The notes under the pieces: generated by a model
What the model saw: only the letters and a program-made list of their open reading frames with translations
Databases searched by the model: none
What the model was told of the DNA's origin: nothing
Assembly (NCBI RefSeq): GCF_009914755.1
Contig: NC_060938.1
From: the human T2T-CHM13v2.0 reference genome, Homo sapiens
Length of the DNA stretch: 64,000 bases
Strand: one strand, 5' to 3'
Made by a program: the position numbers and the translations under genes
Shown here: one piece after another, positions 35,587-48,916 of the stretch
Numbering within the stretch: position 1 is the stretch's first letter
Layout: every line of letters begins with the position of its first letter

Positions 35587-37299
35587 TACTAAAAGCTTCA
35601 ATTCTTCTAAAAAATAAAAATGGATATGTGCTAATGACTGATTACATGCTAACACTGCCTACTAAGGTACTGCCCAAAAGTAGACAAAAAATAAAAAATA
35701 AAAATAAAAATAACCTAAAATAAACTATTTTAAATGTGTCTCTTTTCATCCTGGGGGTACATCAATCATAAATCTTACAGCACTGAACAACTAGGTCACA
35801 ATTTTCATATAATATGGCTAAAATATATTCTCAACTATTTTGCGGCATGCAAAATGCAGCATGAAATAGCTTCAGAACTATGAACAATATGTTAATCATA
35901 CGTTTTCGTCCAAGAGATAAGGAAGCACCCTATATTTCCATATGCCCAAGATACATGCTTGAAAGTTATTTTTTTCAAAGAAAAAACATTTTAAAGTTTT
36001 GTATCTCAATTAACAATGTGCTTTAATTTATGTGATAGAAAGTAGCTTTGTAAAAATAATTTGATAGAAATAGATGTTGAATGGACAATCTCAAACAACT
36101 GAAACAAAATAAATAGTTTAATAAAGTCTTCAAGGCAAAATGTTCATATGGGCAGCGTGCGAGGGAGAAGAACCTGTAATGAATTAAGTTTAATATTATT
36201 TGTATTTTATATTGTCTTTACCTAAAATGTTTATTTTTGCACCTTAATATTATTAGCAATTGCATATACTGTTTAATTATGCAAACACTGTTGTTAAAAA
36301 TTCTCTGTTTAGGAATATTAAATGTGTTTTCATTGCTTATTAGGTTTTTTAATGCTAGGGTATACCGTGTTTATAGTTTAACTATATTGTTCTAATGTTT
36401 GAAACATTGTGCCTTTATATAACTACACAAAATTTAATGCAAATAATAAACTAGTAGATATTCTTAACTATTGAAAGCTATTTAGAATATTACTGCTGAA
36501 GGGAAGAAATTGACTTCCTTTTCACTTAATGCTGGTAGCTGGTATTAACATAAACACATGTTGATTTAGTGAAATACTAATTCTATCTTTAGAAATGTAC
36601 CTTTTATTGCACTAAAGAAGCTATAAAAGGCCTTTTTGAGTTTTAATGAGCCAAGACAAATATAGTTTGATCTTTCTGACTTAAAACCATATATAATTTT
36701 TAACTTGAAGGAATAAAAACACTTTAAGTCTACATTTAGCTTTATTTCTCCGAGTACCATATTTGTAACTGATAATTCAAAAAGTGACCTACATTTTCCT
36801 GGAGATTGCAAAATAAATGTCATACCTCTGTGCATATTAATGTGATTGTTCTGCATTTTAAAAAAATCAAGTTAAATTCTGTACTCATGGTTTAGATTGA
36901 TTTCCCACCAGGTGAAGGAAATAAAGTATAATCACTGCCTTTGATTAAATGAAGCAAATAGCAATGACGATGTGCTAATGTATAAAAATTGACAGCAGTA
37001 AAAAAAACTCCAATAACATATATTTGGCAAAGCATGACCAGTACATATGAAATTCCTTTCCACTTTCACTCACTAAAAACAAGTGAAATAATTCTCACTG
37101 TAGTCTATCTACATGAGATAATACTGAGAGAAAAGTTTATTTTTATAACAACTTTGTTAATTGCATTTAAATTGCATTAAATCATAACAGATTATTTAAC
37201 GAAGTCCTGATTGGTCCTGTGAAGGTTTTAGACATACTAGTAGTCTCTATATTCATCTCATAAAGCTATCATTAAATTATGACTGTTTTATTGAAGTTT

Positions 37300-38645
37300 A
37301 CTTTAATAGAAAGATACAATATCTATATTTGTGTCTACATTCTTTCAATTAATATAATATCTGGGAGTATCATCCATGTTCTTGTATGCAGCTGTAGTTG
37401 GTTCAATTTTCATTGTTGAGTTTTCCATTGTCTTTATATATGGCAATTTATTTATCCATTCTACTCTTGATGGGCATTTGAGTTTTTGTCAGTTTGGTAT
37501 GATTATAGAAAAATTCTGTAATAAACTTACTTGTACTATTTCTTTGTCACTTGTGCCTGTATTTCTCTTGGAAATACAGCTAGAGGTGGAACTCTTGTGT
37601 CAGATTATGCATACATTCAATTTTAGAGTTAACAGTAAATGGTTTCCTAAAGTAGTTGTACCAATTTATACTCCCAAATGCCTCTAATGTATAAGGATTT
37701 CAATTGCTTTACATTTTCATCACTACTTGGTACCCAAGGCCTTTTTAATTGTAAACATTCTAGATGAAATTTTTGTATAATGTGTAGTGGCATTGTTTTT
37801 TCAGTTTTATTTTTTATTTTCTTAAATTCAAATGTATTAAACAACTTTTCATGTCTTTTTGACTATATGAATATGCTTTTTTATAAAGTACCTCTTCAAA
37901 TTTTTTGTTTATTTTTCTTTTGGGCTTTCTATTTTATTGATTGCAGTTCTTAATCTAGCTTAATGCATTACAAGCTTCCACTTGACCACTTACTTTTCAC
38001 TCTTTTCTAAAGTTAGAATAAAGAGATATTAATAAAATGAATTATTGAATTACTCTTTGATGAAAATTAATAACTCATCAAAGAGTTATTAATTTTGATA
38101 ACTCAATTCATTAATATTTCTTTATGGAACTCAAGTTAGTGATATTCTCTACACTAATTAACAAAAGATTGCTGTTTTTCCTCTCACAACTAGATCAGTA
38201 AGTAGATCTGGAACTGTTTTTGTATGTGATAGGAAGGAGGGGGTTAATATAATTTTTCTAGGTGGACATCAAATGGTCCTAGCATTGATATTGAAAAGAC
38301 AAGCCTTTTCTCCACTTCTTTGCAATGCTGAATTCTTAATAAATCAAATGTTCAAACATGCATTGGTCAGCTTCTACCCTCTCCATTCTGTCATTTATCT
38401 GTTTGCTTATCTTTGGTCCAATAGCAAAGCCTAAATAACTAGAATTTATAATAAAGCTCCCAGCATCTTGTTCTTCTTTACCTCATATTCTTCAGTAGTG
38501 TCTTTGGTATTCTTGATCCTTTGCATTTCCATGTAAAACTTTGAACAGGATTGACAGATTCAGGGGAAAAAAAATTCCATCACCTATAATCTACAAATCA
38601 ATCTGAATTTGGGGAGAATAGACATTAAAGCAATCTAATCCAGGA
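37300..38645 (-). mobile_element. Old L1ME-like fragment
   Basis: tttatccattctactcttgatgggcatttgagt, gtagttgtaccaatttatactccc, atttggggagaatagacat. Confidence 0.65.
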
Positions 38646-38654
38646 ACACAGCGT

Positions 38655-39279
38655 AGTAATGCATCACTAATGACACTATGGGTTCCATGGTGTTATTTGT
38701 GTTTTATAGTATTGCACTAAACACTATAAAAAATATGCAAGAACCACAAGAGATCACTTTTTGCTGCTATACGCCATTTACTAGAGAAAGGAATTGCTCA
38801 CAGAAAAATAATTAGTGTCATATGGCATTTTAAGCGAATACTTGCAACACTTGAGCTCACTGCAATAGCAACAGGTGTTGACTATGAAATTATAGTAGTA
38901 CACTATGTACTACAGTTAATTTTATGTAGTTATGATTTAATACTGCATCTTTACACTTGTTTACATTTATTTTTGTTGTGAATGGTGCCCTGTATGGTCT
39001 GTAAGTGTTTGTGTGGGAAAGTTTTGATAAATTTTAACTTTGTGTAATAGATTTATATTTACTTTATGATAGCATGTGACAGAATAGTATCGGCATATAT
39101 TTTATTCATTCATGATATAATTTTTCCTTCTTTTGATATTTCTAAGCTATATGGTTTATCTGAGAGTTTTTTCAAATTGTTGCAAATACCCCAAAATTTT
39201 TCTAATGTATTTTTTGAAAAAATATCTATGTATAAGTGGACCAATTCAGTTCAAACCCATGTCATTCAAGAATCAACTG
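38655..39279. mobile_element. Tigger3/MER7-like DNA transposon fragment
   Basis: Ends cagttcaaacccatgtcattcaagaatcaactg|ta (Tigger3-type TIR plus TA); left end approximate. Confidence 0.7.
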
Positions 39280-39879
39280 TATATAATTTATTTTATTTTC
39301 TTTAATTTCTTGCAATAATATTTTTAGTATTTAGAAATACAGGAGAAAAAAATTACATATTTTATTAGTTTTTATGGGCACTTTAATAACATTTACGGTG
39401 ATATATATTCAATATCAGTTCTAAGTTGTTTTCGTTTATGTGTAAAAACACAATTGATTTGTCTACAACACCTATACTATCATGTCATCTGTCAGTATTT
39501 CCTTCCAATCTTTTCACTTAGGTTTTGGCTTATCACATGGATAGGACCATAAATACAATGTGTATTAAAAGTAGTTTTCATGGGCATTCCTTCCTTGGTC
39601 CTTCACTCAGAGAAAGTTTTTGGCATTTCATCATTATGTATGTTCACTGTAGCTTATTTTATTTTTTTGTATGTGAACTTTAGCAGATTAGGAAATTCGC
39701 TTTTCCTTCCTACTTTATTAAGTATGACTAAATTAAATTTACTGAGACTTTATATTTCATGAATGGTAGTTGAATTTTATTAAATTATTATTTTTTCTTT
39801 GTTAACATATAATGTTTCTCCTTAATTACCTTTAAACATTAAATTACACTGGTTGACTTTTGGCTCTTAAACCGTCTTT

Positions 39880-40510
39880 GTTTTTCTGATGCCAATACTT
39901 TTGAGCCAAAGGCCACCATGAAGACATCTGCATTTTAGAAATTGAGTTTATTGATTCTTGCAGCAAGCAGAAACACACACCATGAAAAACTCCAGGATGT
40001 CTTAGTAAGAAGCTCATAGAACTTACAGAATTTGAGTGCCTTACCTGATTTTCAGGAGGGTTCAAGGAAGCAGGATATTTGTATTGGATACTTTGAGGAT
40101 CTGGAGACAATTTTATAATGGGATAATTTACTAAATTTTATGTATTTAGTGAGAGAAATGAAATAAGGACAAAGTTGTCATTGGTAAAAAACATCAATAA
40201 CCCATATTAACTAATATAGCAGGATGTTTAGCCATTCTTTTGTAGAGAAAATGTTCATGTTATTTTTGTTGTTGTTGTTGTTGTTGTTGTTCTGTGTCAG
40301 ACATGGTAATGAAGTGGTTATTTTTGGCTTGATTTACCATGATCACAGAGTGGCTTTGTCTGATGTTGGTGTGCTACGAAATTGGTTATGTTTAGCAAGA
40401 GAAAAACAAAACCTAGCTGTGATTACCAAGATAGCTCTTGGCAACATCAAGTCATAAATTATAGTGCCAGTTCAGCTTCTGGTTAGCGAAAACTGCTTTT
40501 CCCTTTTTCA
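39880..40510 (-). mobile_element. Old ERV1-type solo LTR (family uncertain)
   Basis: Antisense poly(A) signal region gagtttattgattcttgcagcaagc and MER4-group-like composition. Confidence 0.4.
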
Positions 40511-40620
40511 CTAGAATTAATAAACAGTGGTGCATTGTATTAGTACTGTGTTGGTTGGCTGATTGTATTTATAATTTTTGCATAGATGTTTATAAATGAT
40601 GTTGACTTTAGTTTTCAGAT

Positions 40621-40899
40621 TTTTTTTTTCTTTTTGAGACACAGTCTTGCTGTCACCCAGTCTGGAGTGCAGTGTCATGATCTCAGCTCAGTGCAACTCC
40701 ACCCCCCAGGTTCAAGTGATTCTCCTGCCTCAGTCTCCTGAGTAGCTGGGATTACAGGCATGCTGTAATTTTTGTACTTTTAGTAGAGATGGGGTTTCAC
40801 CATGTTGGTCAGGCTGGTCTTGAACTCCTGACCTCATGATCCACCCGCCTCAGCCTCCCAAAGTTCTGGGATTACAGGTGTGACCCACCACATCTGGCC
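40621..40899 (-). mobile_element. AluS with small internal deletion
   Basis: Alu lacking the caccacgcccggc segment at ~40763; degenerate TSD actttagt(t/c)ttc. Confidence 0.92.
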
Positions 40900-41827
40900 A
40901 ACTTTAGTCTTCGGAATGTTCTTGGATGTTGGTATCATGCTTATGGTCCTTTAAAATGAGTTTAGAGCTTTTTTTTTTCAACTTTATGGAAAAATTAATG
41001 TAAATTTTGTATATCTTCTGGATGCTTTCCTTATATAAAAATATGTAATTCCCTAGTACACCATAAAGATAATACATCATCAATTTAACATCATAGATTT
41101 AAAAACTATTAATAAAATGAATTGACTTAAGGCAGTCCATTTAAAAATATCCCCTACATTAATTTTCAGCAAACACATCTCATATGTTTTAAATGATTGT
41201 CATGTATCTGTTTGAATAGGATTTCCATTTATTTTAATCTCAATTTTAGCTGCTAAATTGCAACTAGCCAAACTTGGAAATATTCTATAACTTCCAAAAT
41301 AGTTAGGTGTATGCTTTATCTTTTTACTCAATCTGACAAAATAAAATGCCATTACTCTCAAAAATTGTGAATAGAAAAATATACCAGACTGTCCTTATCA
41401 AAAGTTTTAATTACTCTATAGTAGAATGTCTCTCCTAATTATTTGTTGTAATGACTAGAATTACATAAATGAAGCTCTACTAACTCCTAGGTAATAACTC
41501 TTGATAGATCAGGAATAGCAAACCCTTTGTAATCTCAACACCATGATTTTAGGTTAGTTGCGGAAGTAAGACCTATATTACATATCTCAGCTGTTTAATC
41601 ATCACCCTAGAAGTGTTTGCTTTAGAAATGAAAAGTGATGTGTGTGTGCTGCTAAAAATTTTACCTGTAAAGTAACAGAGTTTCTTAAGATAACAGTTGT
41701 GACATACACACATATATGTATACATAAAGAATTGATTGCTAAACTGAGGAAGACTTAATAAGGTTGATTGTGTAAATGTCATTGTTCTGGTTATGATCAT
41801 GTATTAATATTATATACAACATGCTAC

Positions 41828-42356
41828 TGCCAAGACCAGATCAGTTGAGGAGACCCTAACCCAGCAGCACTAGAGGAATTAAAGACACATACACAGAAAT
41901 ATGGAGTGTGGAGTGGGAAATCAGGGGTCTCACAGCCTTCAGAGCTGAAAGCCTCAAACAGAGATTCACCCACATATTTATTGACAGCAAGCCAGTGATA
42001 AACATTGTTTCTATAGATTATAGATTAACTAAAAGCATTTCTTATGGGAAATAAAGGGATGGGCCCAAATAAAGGGATGAGCCCAAATAAAGGGATGGGA
42101 TCTGACTACTTATCTGCAGCAGGAGCATGTCCTTAAGGTACAGATCGCTCATGCTGTTGTTTGCAGTTTAAGAATGCCTTTAAGCCATTTTCTGCCGTGG
42201 GTGGGCCAGGTCTTCCTTGCTGTCATTTCGGTAAACCCACAACATTCCAGTGTGGGTGTCATGGCCATCACGAACATGTCACAGTGCTGCACAGATTTTG
42301 TTGATGGCCAGATTTGGGGCCAGTTTATGGCCAGATTTGGGGGCCTATTCCCAGCA
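41828..42356 (-). repeat. MER9 3' LTR
   Basis: Homologous to 48406-48916; PPT aaataagggggaca adjacent. Confidence 0.95.
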
Positions 42357-42369
42357 TGTCCCCCTTATT

Positions 42370-43420
42370 TGTATTGCAAAGTGATAAAAGCAAAGGCAGC
42401 TTTGTCATGGTGAGCTACTTCTTGCAAGAGTCAGGATCCGCATCTGCAGACTATACAAAGACAAACAACACAGATTAAAGCACAATCATCATTGAAATCG
42501 CAGAGCTTCCAAGTGTTTTTATCCATTTTAATGGGTTACTAGCTGCTAATCGGTCTGCAGCTCCTTCAAGCACTCTAGTTCCAGGCATTAAGGTCAGGTG
42601 TGCCTGGGATGCTTTAAATATTTGTTCCCAAATTTTGATATTATTAAGAACCTTTAATAGTTTCCACAAATCCTTATGTTTAGCTTCTACAATGGGCCAT
42701 ATCATTTGAGGTTGAGTACCACTATGCCGCCATGTTTCCAGGTAATAGGAATTCTTGCTGTACTACTTACCATTTCTACAATCTTACTGTTTTGTTCAGA
42801 CCAGCTGAACATAGTGAGGCTGTGGCACACAGATTGAGAGGTGCAATTCAAGCTAAACATCCCCTTAGGGGACCAATCAATAATGATTCCATAGGAATCA
42901 TTGCGCAGCACCTCTGCCTGTTCTGCAATGCAATCTTCCCAAACAAGTACATTCATTTTTTCTGGCCAGGTCCAAATCTGTTTACAAATAGGTATTTGAG
43001 GGCAGTATGCCTCAATTATAGAAGCAGATTTATTATGATAAATACTGAGGTCAGAAAGCATGTGTAACCGTGTCATAGAGTGATTACATCCAGGCATTAT
43101 TGCCAGCCAAGATTGATAAATATGCCCAATAAGTATAATTGTTCTCTGTGTCGGCCCTTGTTGAAGGAATACTCGCAGCAATGGTGATCACCGCTATCCT
43201 AGCTACCATTAAATTACTCATTGTGACTGTTTGTCCTGCTTTTCTCAGATTTTCTTCCGCCATCTGTGACAGCTTCTTGATCTGTCCCCAGGTAGGTGGC
43301 TGTGTTTGATGGGTGTTGCTCGTGACAGTTGGGGTTCTTCTCAGCATCAGTCTCAACATGACTGCAACTGTGGGGTCCTTGGGATCCTCCCGGAATCTCT
43401 TCTTCATCATCTGGCTCATG
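42370..43420 (-). pseudogene. env: HML-3 env, frameshifted and internally deleted
   Basis: PPTWGQIKKL, NYTYWAY, GIIIDWSPKG, QIFKASQAHL...NPLKWIKTLGS motifs of HERV-K env. Confidence 0.88.
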
Positions 43421-46090
43421 ATAAGTTTTCAGATGTCTTGATGGTATCCAAATCAGCTGTTGATTCGGTCCTGGAGAAACACAAGCATAACCTCTACCCC
43501 AAGTTATTATTTTACCTATTTCCCAACTTTTTGTTATCAGATCTTTCCACCAAACCAGTTGTTCTGCTTCTGTCTTTGCAGCTGGTTTCTGTTCTGTATA
43601 TGCTGTTCAGTTGCTGATAACATCTGGCCTTTAGGCAGGCTCAAAAAATTTAAAGTTAATAACGCTAGATTCACTTGTTTCTGTGGTGTCCCATAGTCCC
43701 TGTTTTTCCCCCTCTGCTTTTGCAACTGCTGTTTCAGGGAGTGATTCATTCTTTCCACTATGGCTTTCCCTTGAGAATTATATGGGATACCAGTAATGTG
43801 TTTTATAGTCCATATAGAGAAAAATGTACCTAGAGCTTGGCTAGTATAGCCTGGGACATTATCTGTTTTAATAGAAGCGGGAATGCCCATCACCACAAAA
43901 CACTGCAAAAAGTGATGTTTAACACAGGCAGAAGACTCTCCTGACTGGCATGTAGCCCAGACGAAGTGAGAAAAGGTGTCCACACATACATGTACATAAG
44001 GTAGTCTTCCAAGCGAGGGAACATGTGTGATATCCATTTGCCAAAGGGAATTAGGTTCCAATCCTCAAGGATTAACTCCTCCTGTAAAAAACGAGGAATG
44101 TACCATTTGGCAAGTTGGGCATCACTGGATAATAGCTTTAGCTTCTTAGCAGGTAATGCTGTATCTGTGTTTGAGACCAGAGGCATTAACATGGGTTAAA
44201 ATGTGAAAGTGTCTAGCATTAGATATTGCATTAGCAACTAGGTGATCAGCCATTTGATTCCCTTCAGTTAAAGGTCCTGGAAGAGGTGTATGAGCCCTAA
44301 AGTAAGTGATGTAAAGAGGGTTTGTTCTGTTCCTAACTGCTGTTTCCAATTGGGTAAATAAAGTCATCAGTTGTTCATCTGTATGAAATTGTAACTGAGC
44401 ATTTTCAATTAATTGTGTGGAATGAACCACATTTGAAGAATCAGAAATCGCATTAAAGACATATCAAAAGCAGTCAAGCATGAACCCGGGAGGTGGAGCT
44501 TACAGTGAGCCCAGATCGTGCCACTGCACTCCAGCCTGGGCGACAGAGCAAGACTCCATCTCAAAAAAAAAAAAAAAATGCAGTCAATACCTCAATTATA
44601 GCTACAAGCTCTGCTTTTTGAGCTGAAGTATAGGGCATCTGAAAAACTTTACTTTTCGAGCCAGAATAAGAAGCTTTACCATTACTAGACCCATTTGTAA
44701 AAACATTCTCAACACCTTCCGTTGGTTTAAATTTAGTTATTTTAGGGAGAATCCAATCAGTGAATTTCAAAAATTGAAACAGTTTTGTTTTAGGAAAATC
44801 GTTATCAAGAATACCCACAAAGTCAGCTAAATGGGCTTGCCAAGTAAGACTATTTATAAAAGCTTGATGTATTTGTGCCTTAGTGAGAGGGACAATAATT
44901 TTTCCAGGATCATATCCATGTAATTTAACAATCCGAGTTCTCCCATTTCTTATCATATTCTCAATTTGATCCAAATAAGGAGTTAGAGTCCATGAATTAG
45001 TATGTCGAAGAGAAAGCTATTCTACTAAGTCCTTCTCTTGGATAATAACACCAGTAGGTGAATGCTGAGTTGGAAAAATTAGCAAATCTAGATTCTTCTC
45101 TGGATCTATTCTATTTATTTGAGCTTTATGGACTTGCTTTTTGATTAGCTGTAACTCTTCCTCAGCCTCCTTTGTTAATTGCTGAGGGCTAGTGAGACTA
45201 GGATCTCTTCTAAGGATAGAAAATAGATTACTCATGGCATAGGCAGGAATGCCTAGAGCAGGTCGTATCCAATTAATGTCCCCTAGTAATTTTTGAAAGT
45301 CATTTAATGTTTTCAGTTGATCCCTATGTATGGTTACTTTCTGTGGCACAATGGTAGTGTCATTTACTAAGGTCCTCAAGAAGGAGTAAGGAGTAGTAGT
45401 CTGAATTTTGTCAGGAGCTATAATTCAAGCAGCGTGAGAAATCAAGTTTTGCAAGTGATCATAACATTGGAGCAATATTTCTTGAGTGGGGGCAAAAAAA
45501 AAGTATATCATCCATATAATGTGTAATGTAACACTGTGAAAATTTTTTACAAGTAGGTTCAATTGCTTGCCCTACATAAGTCTGGCAAATTGTTGGACTG
45601 TTTAACATGCCTCTTGGCAACACTTTCCAGTGAAAATGCTTAGCAGGCTGTAGGTCATTTACTGTAAGAATTGTAAATGCAAACTGTTCACAGTCTTGCT
45701 CAGCTAAGGGGATAATAAAGAAACAGTCTTAAATCTATGACTATTAAAGGCCAGTTTTTTGGAATTATAGCAGGAGAAGGCAATCCTGGCTGTAATGATC
45801 CCATAGGTTGTATAACTGAATTAATGGCTCTTAAATCAGTTAACATTCTTCATTTACCTGATTTTTTCTTAATTACAAAAACTGGAGAATTCCAAGGGGA
45901 AGATGTTGGAGCTATGTGTCCGTGTTCTAATTGTTCAGTAACGAATTCCTCTAAAGCCTCCAGTTTCTCTTTACTTAGCAGCCATTGTTCTATCCACATT
46001 GGCTTATCTGTTAATCATTTTAAAGGTATAGGTTCTGGAGGCTTAACAATGGCTGCCATCAAAAATGACATCCTAAACCTTGGCGGGAAC
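43420..46090 (-). pseudogene. pol: HML-3 pol (RT-RNaseH-IN), disrupted
   Basis: YMDD at 45507-45518, [39 protein letters not shown]...KTDN...[14 protein letters not shown]. Confidence 0.93.
44478..44575 (+). mobile_element. 5'-truncated AluY inside HML-3 pol (RNase H)
   Basis: Right-arm end only; TSD aaaagcagtcaa (44466-44477) / aaatgcagtcaa (44576-44587). Confidence 0.9.
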
Positions 46091-46900
46091 TTTGTTTTTC
46101 TGCTTGAAGTGATTCTTCAAACCTTGCAAATTTTTTCCTAGTCCCATACCAGGGACATACCCCATTTCATGTATCATATGTTGACTTTGAGGGTTGTATA
46201 ATTGCTCTGGAATTAGAACTTGTGCTCCCCATTATTGTAATAAATCTCTTCCCCATAAATTTGTAGGTACAGAAGTTATAATTGGTTGAATAGTACCAGG
46301 TTGTCCATTGGGCCCTTCACAATGCAAAATATAACTACTTTGATATACTTTAGGGGCTTTGCAAGCTCCAACTATGTTAAATTGAGCAGGTTGAATTGGC
46401 CACGCACATGGTCAGTGCTGTAGAGAAATGATTGAAATGTCTGCTCCTGTATCTACCAAACCTTTAAATTTCTTTCTCTGAATAGTTATTTCACAGGTAG
46501 GACGTTTATCAGTTATTTGATTCACCCAGTAAGCTGCTTTGCCTTGTTTATTTGTGCTTCCAAATCCTCCTGTTCATTTAATTTCACTTTTCCCCATTTC
46601 CACATACGGCACAATCAGGAGTTGCGCTATATGCTTTCCTGGCTCTGCTTTCTAGGGAACAGAAGTAGGTATAACAATTTGAATTTCCCCGTTGTAATCT
46701 GAATCAATGACTCCTGTTTGTACTTGTACCCCTTTTAAATTTAAAGTAGACCCTCCTAGAAGTAATCCTATCGTTCCCGCTGGCAAGAGTCCACAGACCC
46801 CTGTTGGAACTTTTGGCATGGGTTCCCCAGGCAGAAGGCTCACAGCTTTTGTGCAGCATAAATCTACTGTAGCACTACCGACTGTGGCAGGGGACAGACA
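46060..46900 (-). pseudogene. pro: HML-3 dUTPase-protease, disrupted
   Basis: GVIDSDYNGEI dUTPase motif; GLVDTGA aspartyl protease site at 46442-46462. Confidence 0.9.
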
Positions 46901-48255
46901 TTGTACAGGGATGAGGGAATGGCCTGAGCTGGAAATGCCCTGATTTGGAATGGGGCATGGGACGGGCCCCTCATGGTGTTTCCGGAAATCGGGTTCCCAT
47001 CGTTATCAAATTTAGAATGACACTGATTGGCCCAGGGCTTTCCTTTTTTACATTTTGGACATATTTCAGGCTCAGCAGTTTTCTTTTTTCCCTTATCTGG
47101 CAGTCTGACTCGTTGATTTTTTTCTACATTCTTTTTTAGTATGACCACGCTTCCCACAGTTAAAACAAGCTCCAGGAAATGGAGTATTTCCTTTACCCAC
47201 TCTCAGTCCTGCCATTGCCTGGGCTAGCAGAGTGGCCTTATGCAGGTTACCTCCGATACTGTCACAGGCCTTGATATAATCAACTAAATATGCTTTCCCT
47301 CTAATAGGATGCAGAGAAGCCTGGCAATCGGTATTTGCATTGTCAAAAGCTAATAACCATAACATTATATCCTGAGGAGCTGAATCTGCCATCACCTTTT
47401 TAAGAGACTCCTGTATCCGAGCTATAAAATCTGCATACGGTTCTTTCAGTCCCTGTTTTAAGCACTAAAGGAAGGGTATTGCTCTCCTCCCAAAGTGATT
47501 TTTTTCCCAAGCTCTAATGCACATTCCTTTAAGCTGTTCTGTGGTATCATCCTGCATGACCACTTGTGCATCTAAACCAGCCCAGCCACCAACCCCCAAA
47601 AGTTGGTCTGCAGTTATATTGAGGTTGGGCTTGGGCATTGTGAGCAGTCTGAATGGAAGCTTCATCTGCCCACCAAGTTTTAAATTGTAAGAATTGAGCA
47701 GGAGTTAAACAAGCTCAAGTAAGAGCGTGGCAGTCAGTAGGAATCATCTAACTGGAAACACAAACATTCTGTAATAGCCGTATTACAAAAGGAGAACCTG
47801 GTCCATATTGATTAATAGCTTGTTTAAATTCTTTGAGTAATTTAAATGGAAAAGGCTCAAATGTAGCTATAATATTTCCCTGTTGACCTGGGGGATGTAT
47901 TTTAACAGGGAACTGCCAAGCCTCTAAATCGCCCTCTCTTCTAGCTTGCTGAATTCCTGCCTGAATAGAAGTGAGAGCAGTCACTTGAGGTGCTGCTTGA
48001 ATAGTCACTGGGGCAACTACTTTTCACCCATTGTCCTCTGGAAAAGAAAGATCTGGAGGGTCAGGCCACTCTTTTTCTTCAAAATAATGAGGGGATGCAG
48101 GAGGGCAGGGATGAACTTCTTCCTCCTTTGCTGCTTTAGCTTTAACTGGCAAACAAACCTGTTCTGTTACTTCTTGTGTTACTTCATTATACTTTCCTTC
48201 CTCTTCATCATCAGTGTGAAAAGGTGGAACAAACCAGAGCCCACACTTATCCCAT
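46864..48255 (-). pseudogene. gag: HML-3 gag, disrupted
   Basis: FKLLKEFKQAINQYGPGSPF (CA); zinc knuckles CFNCGKRGHTKKEC and CPKCKKGKPWANQC. Confidence 0.9.
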
Positions 48256-48384
48256 TGTTACCCTGATGCTTCCGAGCACCCCTTCTTAATCACCACGGGG
48301 ATTGCTTAGGAGTATTCAGGTGCCCTCCAGCTTAGTTCCTTGCTCTCCAACTGTCATTCCGGCAACCCTTCAACCTAGGTTCGA

Positions 48385-48403
48385 GCCTTCACATTGGGCA
48401 CCA
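48385..48403 (-). promoter_or_regulatory. Primer-binding site, tRNA-Lys-like
   Basis: tggtgcccaatgtgaaggc 2 nt after the 5' LTR; CpG-decayed form of tggcgcccaacgtggggc. Confidence 0.85.
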
Positions 48404-48405
48404 CT

Positions 48406-48916
48406 TGCCAAAACCAGCTCGGTTGTGGAGACCCTAACCCAGCGGTGCTAGTTGGAATTAAAGACACACACACAGAAATATAGAGTGTGGAGTGGGAATC
48501 AGGGGTCTCACAGCCTTCAGAGCTGAAAGCCTTGAACAGAGATTTACCCACATATTTATTGACAGCAAGCCAGTGATAAGCATTGTTTCTACAGATTATA
48601 GATTAACTAAAAGCATTTCTTTCAGGAAATAAAGGGATGGGCCAAAATAAAGGGATGGGCTCTGGCTGGTTATCTGCAGCAGGAGTATGTCCTTAAGGCA
48701 CGGATTGCTCATGCTATTGTTTGTGGATTAAGAACACCTTTAAGCTGTTTTCCACCCTAGGTGGGCCAGGTGTTCCTTGCTGTCATTCCAGGAAACCCAC
48801 AAGCTTCTAGCATGGGTGTCCTGGCCATCACAAACATGTCACAGTGCTGCAGAGATTTTGTTTATGACCAGTTTTGGGGCCAGTTTATGGCCAGATTTGG
48901 GGGACTATTCCCAACA
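48406..48916 (-). repeat. MER9 5' LTR
   Basis: Minus strand starts tgttgggaatagtcccccaaatctggccataaactgg. Confidence 0.95.

Larger units (their letters stand above)
41828..48916 (-). mobile_element. HERV-K(HML-3)/HERVK9 provirus with MER9 LTRs
   Basis: Two LTRs (41828-42356, 48406-48916), 6-bp TSD tgctac/tgttac, Lys PBS, PPT, betaretroviral gag-dUTPase/pro-pol-env; inserted in an old L1 3' end that continues on both sides. Confidence 0.95.

Noticed and set aside
43537-44061. 174-aa integrase core ORF as a domesticated gene
   Set aside because: It lacks the N-terminal zinc-binding and C-terminal domains because of frameshifts, and the rest of pol is decayed and Alu-interrupted.
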